The notes under the pieces were generated by a model, which saw only the letters and a list, made by a program, of their open reading frames with translations, ran no database searches and was not told the DNA's origin. A stretch of 64,000 nt of DNA. Origin: an uncultured delta proteobacterium (lineage in GTDB: Bacteria; Myxococcota; B64-G9). A program made the position numbers and the translations under genes. Below, piece by piece: positions 28,381-38,201 of the stretch. The stretch spans positions 1,428,422-1,492,421 of the forward strand of contig CAVWHX010000004.1 in NCBI GenBank assembly GCA_963754925.1, read 5' to 3'. Numbering within the stretch: the stretch's first letter is position 1; each line of letters starts with the position of its first letter.

Positions 28381-29751
28381 TTACCTGCTCCCGTTAAACT
28401 CGAGCCCGGCGAGCACTTCGAGATGACACGTCTGGGGAAACATATCCACCCCCTCGATGCAGGTCAGCCGATAACCGCGGTTGAGGAGCACGCCGAGATC
28501 GCGGGCAAGGGTTCCTGGGTGGCAGCTCACATACGCGATCTTTTTGATCTTGCTCCTCGCCAGCGCCTCAAGCACTTGCAGATTGCAACCGTTACGCGGC
28601 GGGTCGAGCACAACCGCGGCCGGCTGTAACCCACGGCGCAAAAGCTGGGGAAGCGTATCTTCCACTGCTCCGAGATGGAAGAGGGTCGATTGAAGATGGT
28701 TCTTGAAGGCGTTTTGACGGGCATCGGTTATTGCTCGGGCATTTATTTCGATTCCGACGACCTCATGGCCGGAAGCGGCCAGCGTCAACGCCAGAACGCC
28801 CACACCGCAGTAGGCATCCACGATTGGTCCTTCCGGGCGGCCGATGAAGGTATGCACCTTCTCGAACAGTGTCTTCGCTTGCTCCGGGTTGATTTGAAAA
28901 AAGGATCCGGCCGAAAGGTGGAAGCGAACGCCAAGCAGGCACTCTTCGATCCAATCACGTCCCCATAAGAGGCGGTAGCGGTCTCCAAGAACGATAGGAG
29001 TGACGCGCGCATTGATGTTGAGCAGAAGCCCGGCAATGCCCGGTACCGTCTTGCGCAACTGCTTAGCCAGCTCGCCGCAATTGCCGGAGCGGTCGACGCC
29101 AACGACCAGCGTGACGAGGCTTTCGGACGAATCGGCAGATGTACGCACGGTTACGTGACGCAACCAACCGGTACGATGGTGTTCATTAAAGACCGGGAGG
29201 TGTTTACGGTTGGCCCAGTCGGTTATCGTCATAACTGCATGATTGATGCGCGGGTCGTGGAGGCGGCAGTCATCTACCGGCACCAAACGGTGGGAGCGGG
29301 CGGCAAAGAAGCCGGCTACTACCCGTCCATCCGACCGGCCGACTTTATACTGACCGTGGTTGCGGTAATACAACGGATGGGCAGCTTCGGTGATCGGCAA
29401 TCTGCGATCGAGAGTAAGCCGAGCAATCGAGCGCAGGACATCCCGTAACACTTGAGCCTTAAGTGCTCCCTGAGCGCGATAATCGATATGCATGAGCTGG
29501 CAGCCGCCGCAGCGACCGAAGACCGGGCACGGCGGAACAACTCTGTCTTTTGTGGGAGTGAGAAGCTCAACTGCTTCGCCCATGAGCTTGCGGCCGCCGG
29601 GGTGAGTCAACCGCGCTCGGACACGTTCGCCCGGGATGGTAAAGGGCACAAAAACCGCTCGACCCTGGTATCGGCCGATGCCTTCGCCCTCGGTCGAGAA
29701 TCCATCGATGGTCAGCTCAAAGCTGCTTGATGTTTTTCTTATCACCGGCAT
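28381..29751 (-). CDS. rlmD: 23S rRNA (uracil-C5)-methyltransferase RlmD/TrmA family
   Basis: TRAM domain, CPVFGRCGGCQ, SFFQIN, DAYCGVG, LDPPR, YVSC, DMFPQTCHLE. Confidence 0.92.
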   Translation of the reverse strand: MPVIRKTSSSFELTIDGFSTEGEGIGRYQGRAVFVPFTIPGERVRARLTHPGGRKLMGEAVELLTPTKDRVVPPCPVFGRCGGCQLMHIDYRAQGALKAQVLRDVLRSIARLTLDRRLPITEAAHPLYYRNHGQYKVGRSDGRVVAGFFAARSHRLVPVDDCRLHDPRINHAVMTITDWANRKHLPVFNEHHRTGWLRHVTVRTSADSSESLVTLVVGVDRSGNCGELAKQLRKTVPGIAGLLLNINARVTPIVLGDRYRLLWGRDWIEECLLGVRFHLSAGSFFQINPEQAKTLFEKVHTFIGRPEGPIVDAYCGVGVLALTLAASGHEVVGIEINARAITDARQNAFKNHLQSTLFHLGAVEDTLPQLLRRGLQPAAVVLDPPRNGCNLQVLEALARSKIKKIAYVSCHPGTLARDLGVLLNRGYRLTCIEGVDMFPQTCHLEVLAGLEFNGSR

Positions 29752-29860
29752 TCCAACTCGTTATGGGATAGTTAGTAGAATAGTTAGCTGACGGCGCCTG
29801 CAAATGAATAATGAAATCCCCGGTCCGGGTCGAAAAGTCAACGCGCGGTGAACAAATTGG

Positions 29861-30397
29861 TTAAAGTTGAAATCCGATATATCCGCCGACGCCGATGGTC
29901 ATGGCCTTCGGACCAATGAGAGCCAGACCCCCGGCGAATTCGAAGCCAAAATAGAATTTCAGATCGCGCGGCCGAACGGTATAACCGAGCGCCGAGACCA
30001 ACGACCAGGCAGGTTTCCACGCACCGTTATAGTGCTGACCATCCAGTCCGCTCCCTACCTTAAGGTACCCATATTTCTCCGGCTCGCCGATGCGCGCCTC
30101 GATCGTTGGCGCTACCCGTAGCACCACGTTGGTTTTGTTACCGCCGCTGCCGATGCGCAAGGGAAAAATCGCATACCCATCCAGTGAGATAGCTACTTGT
30201 GGGTGAACGGCGTATCCTCCGGAAAGGACTATTTCTGCCGCTCCGCCGGAGCCGCCGGCGAACTCGCCGATCATCAGGTGACTGCGCAACGTAAGCTCGG
30301 TTTCTTGGGCGGCCGTCGGTCGGGGGAGTGCCGCGAACACCAGTAACGCACCGAGCAAGTAAGGTCTGAAGGCCACGGTCATCCCTCGACATTTCAT
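29861..30397 (-). CDS. Hypothetical exported protein, possible small beta-barrel
   Basis: Signal peptide ending AAQ; alternating beta pattern; C-terminus GYIGFQL. Confidence 0.6.
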   Translation of the reverse strand: MKCRGMTVAFRPYLLGALLVFAALPRPTAAQETELTLRSHLMIGEFAGGSGGAAEIVLSGGYAVHPQVAISLDGYAIFPLRIGSGGNKTNVVLRVAPTIEARIGEPEKYGYLKVGSGLDGQHYNGAWKPAWSLVSALGYTVRPRDLKFYFGFEFAGGLALIGPKAMTIGVGGYIGFQL

Positions 30398-31935
30398 GAA
30401 TCAACCGTCGTTGAACCGGTTATATATAGCAACAGCAGGCAGCCGGCAACCCCGGCGTAACCAAAGGCAAGCTGAATCGGCCAGGTACTTTCCACCTCCC
30501 ATGGCAAATACATCCCTCCGTTTGGATCGATTGAATGAATGATCCCAAACAAGCTCAGCACCCCGCAGATGCCGACAAACAGCGCCGCACGGCCAAGGCG
30601 CCGGTCAATGAGGTTGGCCAGGAAACCGCCCCACAGCATGGCGGTCAGGATGAAGCCATTGCCGAGGATCACGATGATCTGTTGCATCACCGCCAGATCG
30701 GCGGGGAGGTTGACGATGGAGACTTTCAAGGCGCCAAGAAGGCGCGTTGACTGGATCTGCACCAGATTCGCCAACGCCGGCAGGAAAGCCAGCGCCACCG
30801 CCGGATAGTGGGTCTTCGGACAGGCCTCAAAAGCCTGCGCGACGATCTCAAGCGCCACAAAAACCAAGATCGGCACCACCGCCGCCTCGGGAAGGGCATC
30901 GACGATGAACGAGACGTAACCCACTATGCCGCCGAGTCCGACGAACAGCCCCGTCGCCATGGTATACCCTGCCCGCGCGCCCATGGCCTTGTACGCCGGG
31001 TGGCCGATATAGGGTGTTGATTGCGCTACGCCCCCGGTTAGGCCAGCCAGCATGGTCGACAGCGCCTCAACCAACAGGATGTCACGGGTTTTATAATCGT
31101 CGCCGGCCACGCGCGCACTTTCAGTGACGTTGATTCCGCCGACGACGGTCAACAGTCCAAAGGGAATGGCGATCGGCAGGTAGGCAAACGCTCTGGGCAA
31201 ACCCTCGATAAACCCCAGCGTGGGTATCGGCGGCGTAAAACGCCAGGTCAGTTCAGGCAGGTGTAATCCCTGGTCAAGCACCCCAAGGCCGCCGAGCAGG
31301 TAGTATGCCGCTGTTCCGATAGCTACCGCCACCACGGCGCCCGGCAATCGGCCCGGCAGCTTCAACCGCGCCACCAGCGTGCAGAGCACGATACCCAACG
31401 AAATGAGTCCAACCAGCGGTATAGTGAAAATCTTAATCATCGGCAACAAACCCAGCAAGGCCACGGCGATGCCGGCCAGCGAGCCCAGCAACCCGGCTTG
31501 CGGCACCATGCGACGCACCCAGTCGCCGACGAATGACAGCACGAGCTTGAGCACCCCAATCAGCACCATGGCGGCCATGCCCACTTGCCAGGTGACCAGG
31601 GGGTCCTTCGTGGCAAGGTACACGGGACCAAGCACGGCAAACGCGATCCCGATCGTCGAGGGCGTGTCAAGCCCAAGCGGCATGGCGGTGATATCGGTGC
31701 GACCGGTGCGCCGGGCAAGCCGAACGGCCATGGCGCTATAGGCCAGATCGCCGGCCAATACGCCGAGGGCGGTTCCCGGCAGCATGCGGGTGAATATGAA
31801 CTCGGCCGGAAAACCAAACATGCCCACCAAAATGCCGGTGAGCATGACAAGTACCGAGAGATTGTCCAGCATCAGCCCGAAAAAGGCGTTGAGGTCCCCG
31901 GCCGAAAACCATGGGTAGTGCTTGGCGTCGCTCAT
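30394..31935 (-). CDS. Xanthine/uracil/vitamin C-type (NCS2-related) permease
   Basis: Many TMs; GDLNAFFGLMLDN, TAMPLGLDTPS, ESARVAGDDY, PYIGHPAYKAMGARAGY. Confidence 0.8.
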   Translation of the reverse strand: MSDAKHYPWFSAGDLNAFFGLMLDNLSVLVMLTGILVGMFGFPAEFIFTRMLPGTALGVLAGDLAYSAMAVRLARRTGRTDITAMPLGLDTPSTIGIAFAVLGPVYLATKDPLVTWQVGMAAMVLIGVLKLVLSFVGDWVRRMVPQAGLLGSLAGIAVALLGLLPMIKIFTIPLVGLISLGIVLCTLVARLKLPGRLPGAVVAVAIGTAAYYLLGGLGVLDQGLHLPELTWRFTPPIPTLGFIEGLPRAFAYLPIAIPFGLLTVVGGINVTESARVAGDDYKTRDILLVEALSTMLAGLTGGVAQSTPYIGHPAYKAMGARAGYTMATGLFVGLGGIVGYVSFIVDALPEAAVVPILVFVALEIVAQAFEACPKTHYPAVALAFLPALANLVQIQSTRLLGALKVSIVNLPADLAVMQQIIVILGNGFILTAMLWGGFLANLIDRRLGRAALFVGICGVLSLFGIIHSIDPNGGMYLPWEVESTWPIQLAFGYAGVAGCLLLLYITGSTTVDS

Positions 31936-31947
31936 CGATTCTCGTCG

Positions 31948-32922
31948 TCAAACGCGGACCAATAGAAACACTCCTCCCGCTGTACTGCGCAAGACGCCAG
32001 CCCGGCAGGCCGGCAGCAGTACCGTCTCACCGGTGCCGAGGGTAAGCGGGCTCGAGCCGGTCTCCGTCAACAATCCGGCCCCGTCAATGCATGAGATGAT
32101 TCGCGCGCGACCGCTATCGAGGGTCAGCTCACCGCCTGCCCCGAGGCTAGCGCGTTCAAAAGTAAAGTACTTGCTGCGCACCCCAGGCCGGCCCGAAAGC
32201 GGCGTGGCGTGCGCCGGGCGTCCGCTTAAGGGAAAATCAATCGAGGTCAACGCCTCGTCGATGTGCAGAGTGCGCGGCTTTCCGTCCAGACCCATGCGAC
32301 CCCAGTCGTAGAGGCGAAACGTGGTGTCGGAAGACTGCTGGATTTCAGCGAGCATTACCCCGCCGCCGACCGCATGAACCAACCCGGCGGGGAGATACAC
32401 AAAATCGCCGGTATGCACCGCAACGGGTTTGAGCAATGCGCCGATCTGGTCAGCTTTGATGGCAGCAAGCAATTCCCGGCGCGTTACGCCATTGTGGAAC
32501 CCCAAGAAGACCTGGGCATTGGGGTCAGCGTGCAGGACATACCACGCTTCGGTCTTGGGTCGCGCTCCGTGGCCGATCTGTTGCGCCGCGCGTGCATCCG
32601 GGTGAACTTGCACCGACAGGCTCACGTGGACGTCGATGAACTTGTACAATACCGGGAAGCGCCCCTGAAGCAGCGGCACTTCGCCGAGAAGTTCTTCCTG
32701 CTGGGACTTGATGAGATCCGCAAGCCGCGCACCGGCGAACTCCCCTTCGGCTACCACGCTTTGGTCTTCGGGTAGATCAACCACCTCCCATGACTCACCG
32801 CACGGTACGCTGGCGGGCAGCGCTTTATGGAAGAACGTTTCAAGCTTACGCCCTCCCCAGGGTAACGGCTTGATAACCGGGACAAATTTAAATGGTGATA
32901 ACTGAGACGTCATGGCAACCAT
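31948..32922 (-). CDS. manA: Type I mannose-6-phosphate isomerase
   Basis: WGG, GESWE, LSVQVHP, KTEAWY, PAGLVHA, EIQQSSDTTFRLYDWGR. Confidence 0.9.
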   Translation of the reverse strand: MVAMTSQLSPFKFVPVIKPLPWGGRKLETFFHKALPASVPCGESWEVVDLPEDQSVVAEGEFAGARLADLIKSQQEELLGEVPLLQGRFPVLYKFIDVHVSLSVQVHPDARAAQQIGHGARPKTEAWYVLHADPNAQVFLGFHNGVTRRELLAAIKADQIGALLKPVAVHTGDFVYLPAGLVHAVGGGVMLAEIQQSSDTTFRLYDWGRMGLDGKPRTLHIDEALTSIDFPLSGRPAHATPLSGRPGVRSKYFTFERASLGAGGELTLDSGRARIISCIDGAGLLTETGSSPLTLGTGETVLLPACRAGVLRSTAGGVFLLVRV

Positions 32923-32925
32923 GTG

Positions 32926-33543
32926 TTATTTGTTGTCTTTTCGGTCTTCCTCGGCGTTCTCGGGATAATACTTGGCCAAGCATTCATCGCACAGCGCATG
33001 GGAGAATTTGGCGTCGGAGTGATCCTCGATGTACGCCTCCATGCGGCGCCAGATCTGGGCCTCATCGCGGATCTTCTTGCAATGCATGCAAATCGGCAGC
33101 AGACCCTGGAGGCTGCGCACGTGCTGCAACGCATCTTCTAACTCACGCACTTTTTGCGCCAGCGAGCTTTTGAGCTCCAGGATACGTTCACCGGAGCGCA
33201 AGCGCGAACGCAGCTCAGCCTGGTCAAACGGTTTGGTGATGTAGTCATCCGCCCCGGCTTCAAGTCCCTCGACCACGTCCTCCTTTTGGCCGCGGGCGGT
33301 CAACAAGATTATGTAGATGTAGTCGATTCCCGATAGGTTGCGCACGCGCCGACAGATCTCGGTGCCATCCATCTCGGGCATCATCCAATCTAAAATCGCC
33401 AAGCGTGGTCCGTCGCTGGCCTGCAAACGTTCCCACGCTGCCGCGCCTTCTTTGACTACTATCGGGCGGTACCCCCAACGGGTCAGCATCACTTCGAGCA
33501 TCCGACTCGACACCAAATCATCTTCGGCCAGCAACACCTGCAT
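32926..33543 (-). CDS. Response regulator with C-terminal Cys/His tail
   Basis: Receiver (LDWMMP, GADDYITKP) plus LLPICMHCKKIRD...FSHALCDEC. Confidence 0.88.
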   Translation of the reverse strand: MQVLLAEDDLVSSRMLEVMLTRWGYRPIVVKEGAAAWERLQASDGPRLAILDWMMPEMDGTEICRRVRNLSGIDYIYIILLTARGQKEDVVEGLEAGADDYITKPFDQAELRSRLRSGERILELKSSLAQKVRELEDALQHVRSLQGLLPICMHCKKIRDEAQIWRRMEAYIEDHSDAKFSHALCDECLAKYYPENAEEDRKDNK

Positions 33544-33547
33544 GGTT

Positions 33548-33988
33548 CACCGTGCCTTTCCCGTGTGATTAACCTCGGTCTCAAGTCGAACCACCTCTTC
33601 CTGCAGCGTTTTCCAGGCCGGCCGCCGCCAGCCTCCAGTCTCTTTCGCGAGCCGCCTCCTCAAGCCACCGAGCATGCCATGCTATCATGGGAGCGCCAAC
33701 GTTGAGCGCAGCCCCTTTGAGGGTGTGAGCGTCTGCAATAATTCGTTGAGCGTCCGCAACCTCTAATGCCGCCTGCAACGTGCTCAGCAAGGTGCGGCTG
33801 CTGGTGCAAAACAGCGCGCACAATTCGTCGACGAACGCTTGATCCCCGCCCACCCGCACAGCGAGCTCCTGACGATCCATCGCGGGGCGATTGAAGCGGG
33901 TAGACGTTTCGAACGTTTGAATCGGCGGTGGTGATTCGGCGGTCACGGGCTGTTCGTTCCGAGTAGGTCTCGATACGTTGGTAGTCAT
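33548..33988 (-). CDS. Hpt phosphotransfer protein (probable extra A near the 3' end)
   Basis: AHTLKGAALNVGA. Removing one A restores LETLQEEVVRLE...KAR*, ending next to the regulator gene. Confidence 0.8.
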
Positions 33989-34090
33989 GGCTGCCTCCTC
34001 GTCGAGTGTGCCATAAGCCCCCAAACCACTATTAATAACACAACGCTGTTCCGCCACAAATAAATAGAGTCACCACCGGGTAGGGGTTTC

Positions 34091-35215
34091 TTACCAGAAG
34101 GCGAGCTGAACGCTCGGGCGGCGCCCATTTAACAGAAGGTACGGCAGCGCCAAATCGGCGGTCTTCGACAGCCGACGTAGGTCTTCCGGTTCGCGGATAT
34201 GTGAGGACGCGCGCTCTGCAATAATACGGCTCACCGCTATTGGACCGAGCCCTGGCACACGCAAGAGCTTTTCTTTTTCGGCGCGATTTATCTCGAGAGG
34301 AAAGAAATCCGGATGTGCCTTCGCCCAGGTGGTTTTTGGATCCTCGTGGAGGGAGATAGCACCGTCTTTTGAGAAGGGAATTTCATGAGACGAGAAGCCA
34401 TACCGGCGCAAGAGAAAATCAGCCTGATACAGTCGGTGCTCACGCATACGAGGTGTCGGGGTTGCTTCCCCAAGCGGGGTTCCGGCAATCGGTTGGAAGG
34501 CTGAATAGTAGACCCGGCTGAGGGATAACTCTCGGTACAGCGAATGCGTGACGCTGACAATTTCCCGGTCGCTCTCGCCGGCCGCCCCAACCACAAACTG
34601 GGTGGTATGTCCTTTGACGATGCCCGCGCGCGTTTGCACCAACCGCGCTATCCAGCGCAGGCGCGTTAACATATCGTCTGAAAAGTTCTTATGCCCGCTG
34701 AGCGTTCTGAGGCGCTCCGGCCCCGGCGCTTCAAGGTTGATCGAAAGACGCTGCGCGAGTTTCGCTGCGCGCTCAATTTGAGCCAATTCCGCGCCCGGCA
34801 GGATCTTTAGATGGATGAAGCCCCGATAGCGGTAACGGTGCCTGAGGATCTCAGCCGTCGCCAGCATCCGATCCATGGTACGAACCGAATTCGATCCCAG
34901 GCCGGAACTCAGAAACAGCGCCGCGACTTTTTGGGCGTCGTGCATATCAACGAAGATTTTGGCGAGCTCATCGGGATTAAATCGCTCTCGTCGGATGTTG
35001 GATCCCGCACGCTGGGCGCAATACCGGCAGTCGTTGGTGCAGCTGTTGTCGAGCAGCACCTTGAGCATGGGGATCGTTTGTCCGTTGGGTAGCATAGCCG
35101 GGTAGATCCAGCGCCCGTCGAGGCCCGGTTTTCGCGGCGCAGAACCGCCGCAGGCGCAGGAAAGGTCGTACTGCGCCTCGGCCCCGAGAAGAGAGAGTTT
35201 GCGTTCGATTACCAC
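34091..35215 (-). CDS. Putative DNA modification/repair radical SAM protein with HhH domain (TIGR03916-like)
   Basis: YDLSCACG, CTNDCRYC, LFLSSG, IHLKILPG, RVYYSAF, REHRLYQADFLLRRYGF, LLRVPGLG. Confidence 0.88.
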   Translation of the reverse strand: MVIERKLSLLGAEAQYDLSCACGGSAPRKPGLDGRWIYPAMLPNGQTIPMLKVLLDNSCTNDCRYCAQRAGSNIRRERFNPDELAKIFVDMHDAQKVAALFLSSGLGSNSVRTMDRMLATAEILRHRYRYRGFIHLKILPGAELAQIERAAKLAQRLSINLEAPGPERLRTLSGHKNFSDDMLTRLRWIARLVQTRAGIVKGHTTQFVVGAAGESDREIVSVTHSLYRELSLSRVYYSAFQPIAGTPLGEATPTPRMREHRLYQADFLLRRYGFSSHEIPFSKDGAISLHEDPKTTWAKAHPDFFPLEINRAEKEKLLRVPGLGPIAVSRIIAERASSHIREPEDLRRLSKTADLALPYLLLNGRRPSVQLAFW

Positions 35216-35221
35216 GGGACG

Positions 35222-35250
35222 AGAGTACTGAACGCCCGTATAGATGTCAA
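35222..35250 (-). promoter_or_regulatory. Sigma70 promoter with a Myxococcus-type LexA box in the spacer
   Basis: Minus strand TTGACA-tCTATACGGGCGTTCAG-TACTCT (17-nt spacer), ending 6 nt before the GTG. Confidence 0.7.
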
Positions 35251-35275
35251 TGCCGAAAGGACGTCTTTCTATTTT

Positions 35276-35857
35276 TCAGGGAATGTTTACGCCAAACCGC
35301 CTCAATAGCTCTACCACCCTGGCGAGTGGCAGTCCAATGATCGCGTTGATGTCGTTATTTGAAAGCGACTCAAAAAGAAGGGCGCCCGGGCCCTCGATCC
35401 GATACGCACCGGCGCAGTCGAACGGCCGCTCACGCTCAAGATATTCGCGCAATTGTTCGTCGCTCACGGCGCGCATGGTGAGGGTTTGGACGTCCAGGGC
35501 TTGTTCCAGCCGCTGATTGGAGCTATCCAGCACCACCACGCCCGTCAGTAATCGGTGGGTCCGGCCGCGCAGCACCTGCAGCTGCGCGAACGCGCGCTCG
35601 AGACTGAGCGGCTTATTGAGTACCCGGCCGTCGATTTCAGCGACCTGATCGGCCGCGAGTATCAAGGCGTTGGTATGGCGCCCCCGTAAGCTCTGGGCTT
35701 TGCGGAAAGCGAGCGTCAAGACGAGCTCCCCGGGGGGCAGGGGCAAGTCATGTTCTTCCTGATATTCGGGGGCGGCGGTAACAAAAGGAATATTGAGACG
35801 TTTGAGTAGCTCACGACGGTAGGACGACGTGGAAGCAAGCACCAGCGTGCGCTCCAT
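35276..35857 (-). CDS. maf: Maf family nucleotide pyrophosphatase (YceF-like)
   Basis: LVLASTSSYR, ADQV, KP, DCAGAY, IIGLP. Confidence 0.9.
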   Translation of the reverse strand: MERTLVLASTSSYRRELLKRLNIPFVTAAPEYQEEHDLPLPPGELVLTLAFRKAQSLRGRHTNALILAADQVAEIDGRVLNKPLSLERAFAQLQVLRGRTHRLLTGVVVLDSSNQRLEQALDVQTLTMRAVSDEQLREYLERERPFDCAGAYRIEGPGALLFESLSNNDINAIIGLPLARVVELLRRFGVNIP

Positions 35858-35869
35858 GAACAACGCCCC

Positions 35870-36532
35870 TCAGGTAGCCCCCGGTTTGGATTCACGCCGG
35901 GTACGAACATACTCAATCAGAATAGGTATGACGGAAATCAGTACAATCACCACCATCACCCAATGGAATTGAGTCTTAACAACCGGCAGGTCGGCGAAAA
36001 AGTAGCCGCCGAATAACAAAGCAAGTACCCAGGCCACAGCGCCGCTGACATTAAAGATCGCGAAACGCAGGTAGCGCATAGCGCCGATGCCGGCCACAAA
36101 CGGGGCGAAGGTTCGGATGATGGGGATAAAGCGCGCCAAAAAGATGGTCTTGCCGCCGTGTTTTTCATAGAAGCGCTGCGCCCGCAGGAGATGTTTTTTA
36201 TTGAGTAGGCGCGACTTCTCCCGTGAAAAGACCTTGGGCCCGAGCCAATAGCCGATCGAGTAATTGACGGCATCTCCCGCGACCGCCGCCGCGCACAGCA
36301 GAAGAGCCATCAACGGCAGCTCGATGGGCGAACCTTCACGGGTGGAGAGAGCACCCACTGCAAATAACAGGGAGTCACCCGGGAGAATAGGCGTAACGAC
36401 GAGGCCGGTTTCACAGAAGATTATGAGCACCATGACCACATACAACCATGGTCCGAGTAAGGCGGCCCATTCGTTGAGGTACGCGTCGATATGGAAGAAA
36501 AAATCCCAACCCATCTGAATAAGATCAATCAC
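35870..36532 (-). CDS. dedA: DedA family membrane protein
   Basis: FCETGLVVTPILPGDSLLF, LARFIPIIRTFAPFVAG. Confidence 0.92.
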   Translation of the reverse strand: MIDLIQMGWDFFFHIDAYLNEWAALLGPWLYVVMVLIIFCETGLVVTPILPGDSLLFAVGALSTREGSPIELPLMALLLCAAAVAGDAVNYSIGYWLGPKVFSREKSRLLNKKHLLRAQRFYEKHGGKTIFLARFIPIIRTFAPFVAGIGAMRYLRFAIFNVSGAVAWVLALLFGGYFFADLPVVKTQFHWVMVVIVLISVIPILIEYVRTRRESKPGAT

Positions 36533-36677
36533 GATAACTCCAATCTTTGTGCAGAATAGGGGAGGGCCCTTTTCGAGGCAAGGCAATTCGTGACAATTTA
36601 CTCGATGATGTGCTACGAATGCTTCGCATAAAAAACCCCTTGGGAATTTCTAAGGGTTTATTGTAACGTAGGTGGCG

Positions 36678-37721
36678 ATGAATAGAATCTATACCACCCC
36701 TATTATATCGAAGCCCGATCCGCTGGTGCAGTCGCTTGCGGTGCTGGGTCAAGTCATGCCGGAGGTGGAAGCCACCCTCATCGAGACGACCCGCTCTTCG
36801 GTGGAGCTCATTCCCGAAATTTCAAGCCATCTGATTGTGTCGGGCGGCAAACGGATTCGCCCGTGTCTCCTGCTGTTGTTCGAAAAAGCTTTTGGAGATA
36901 ATGGAACGGCCCGTGGCGTGCAGCTCGCTGTTGCGACCGAGTTGATGCATAGCGCTACGCTGCTGCACGATGACGTGGTCGACCGCGGCCATCTCAGGCG
37001 CGGGGTGCCGTCGGCGCCGCGCGTCTACGGCAATGCGGCAAGCGTCTTGGTGGGCGACTTCCTGCTGGCGCGTGCGTTCGACATTGTCGTCGAGCATGGC
37101 GATCGGATTCTATTGTCAGAGCTCGCGAAAGTGTTTACCACCATGGCCGAGGGCGAAATGCTCCAGCTCATCCGCTCGGGGCGTGTGGCTTTGTCGCTTC
37201 CGGACTATGTCGAGATCATTTCAGGCAAGACGGCTGGCCTGTTTTCCTGGTGCTGCCGGGCTGGAGCGGCCCTCGGAGACGGCCGCGCCCATGGCGACCG
37301 CGCACGCATGGCGGCGGAGTTTGGAAAAAACTTTGGCATGGCGTTTCAGATCATCGATGATGTTCTTGACTACACCGCCCCTTCAGAGCAAAGCGGCAAG
37401 GACCTGGCAAACGACTTGCTTCAGGGCAAAACCACCTTGCCCCTGCTGCTTGCCTGTGAAGAAGACCCGACGCTCTTGCCCCTGTTGGAGCGAGTGGCCA
37501 CACAGGGGCCGGATGAGACCGGTTGCCAGCAAATCGTGAAGCGGGTGCTCGGGACGAAGGCAATCGCCCGCGCCAAAAAAGCTGCCGGCGCGTATACCGC
37601 CAAAGCGTGTGGTTGCCTCGTATCCGTACCAGGCTATCCAGACGCGCCGACAGTCAATTGTTTGTTGATGTTGGCTCGGCATATCGTTGATCGTGCCGAG
37701 GGCGTTGGGGAATGCGTCTAG
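36678..37721 (+). CDS. ispB: Long-chain polyprenyl diphosphate synthase
   Basis: GGKRIRP, ATLLHDDVVD, LVGDFL, KTA, FQIIDDVLD, GKTTLP. Confidence 0.88.
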   Translation: MNRIYTTPIISKPDPLVQSLAVLGQVMPEVEATLIETTRSSVELIPEISSHLIVSGGKRIRPCLLLLFEKAFGDNGTARGVQLAVATELMHSATLLHDDVVDRGHLRRGVPSAPRVYGNAASVLVGDFLLARAFDIVVEHGDRILLSELAKVFTTMAEGEMLQLIRSGRVALSLPDYVEIISGKTAGLFSWCCRAGAALGDGRAHGDRARMAAEFGKNFGMAFQIIDDVLDYTAPSEQSGKDLANDLLQGKTTLPLLLACEEDPTLLPLLERVATQGPDETGCQQIVKRVLGTKAIARAKKAAGAYTAKACGCLVSVPGYPDAPTVNCLLMLARHIVDRAEGVGECV

Positions 37722-37811
37722 AGATAGTGCCCCACTTAGATTGAAGTGATTGACAACACCCATATTGAATGGGATGCTTTTCCAAACAATTCATTTTTCA
37801 GGAGGGATACC

Positions 37812-38027
37812 ATGCCAAATAGCGTCTATAAGGTGATCGAAATCGTCGGTTCGAGCCCAAAATCGTGGGAAGACGCTGCCAAGCTGGCAGTGGAGTCCGC
37901 TGCCAAGAGCCTCGAGGATTTGCGTATAGCCGAGGTGACCGATTTGGACATGAGAATAGAAGAGAACAAGGTGGTAGCATACCGGGCCAAAGTAAAAGTA
38001 TCTTTTAAATACCGCGGAGAAAAGTAG
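37812..38027 (+). CDS. Dodecin family protein
   Basis: VYKVIEIVGSSPKSWEDA...YRAKVKVSFK; AGGAGG RBS. Confidence 0.92.
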   Translation: MPNSVYKVIEIVGSSPKSWEDAAKLAVESAAKSLEDLRIAEVTDLDMRIEENKVVAYRAKVKVSFKYRGEK

Positions 38028-38201
38028 GCAATTGATCAGTGACGCACGGGGTTACGGGTGTTCGGCAGGCGACCGTCTACACCCAGGTCCCATTTACGCT
38101 TTGGATGCTGAACTGTTAAGCGGTTAATATGTTTCGGTCGCGTGTCGTTCGACGAATACCCGTAAGCCCGTGCGTTGCCGTGTACCCTGAATGGATGACG
38201 G

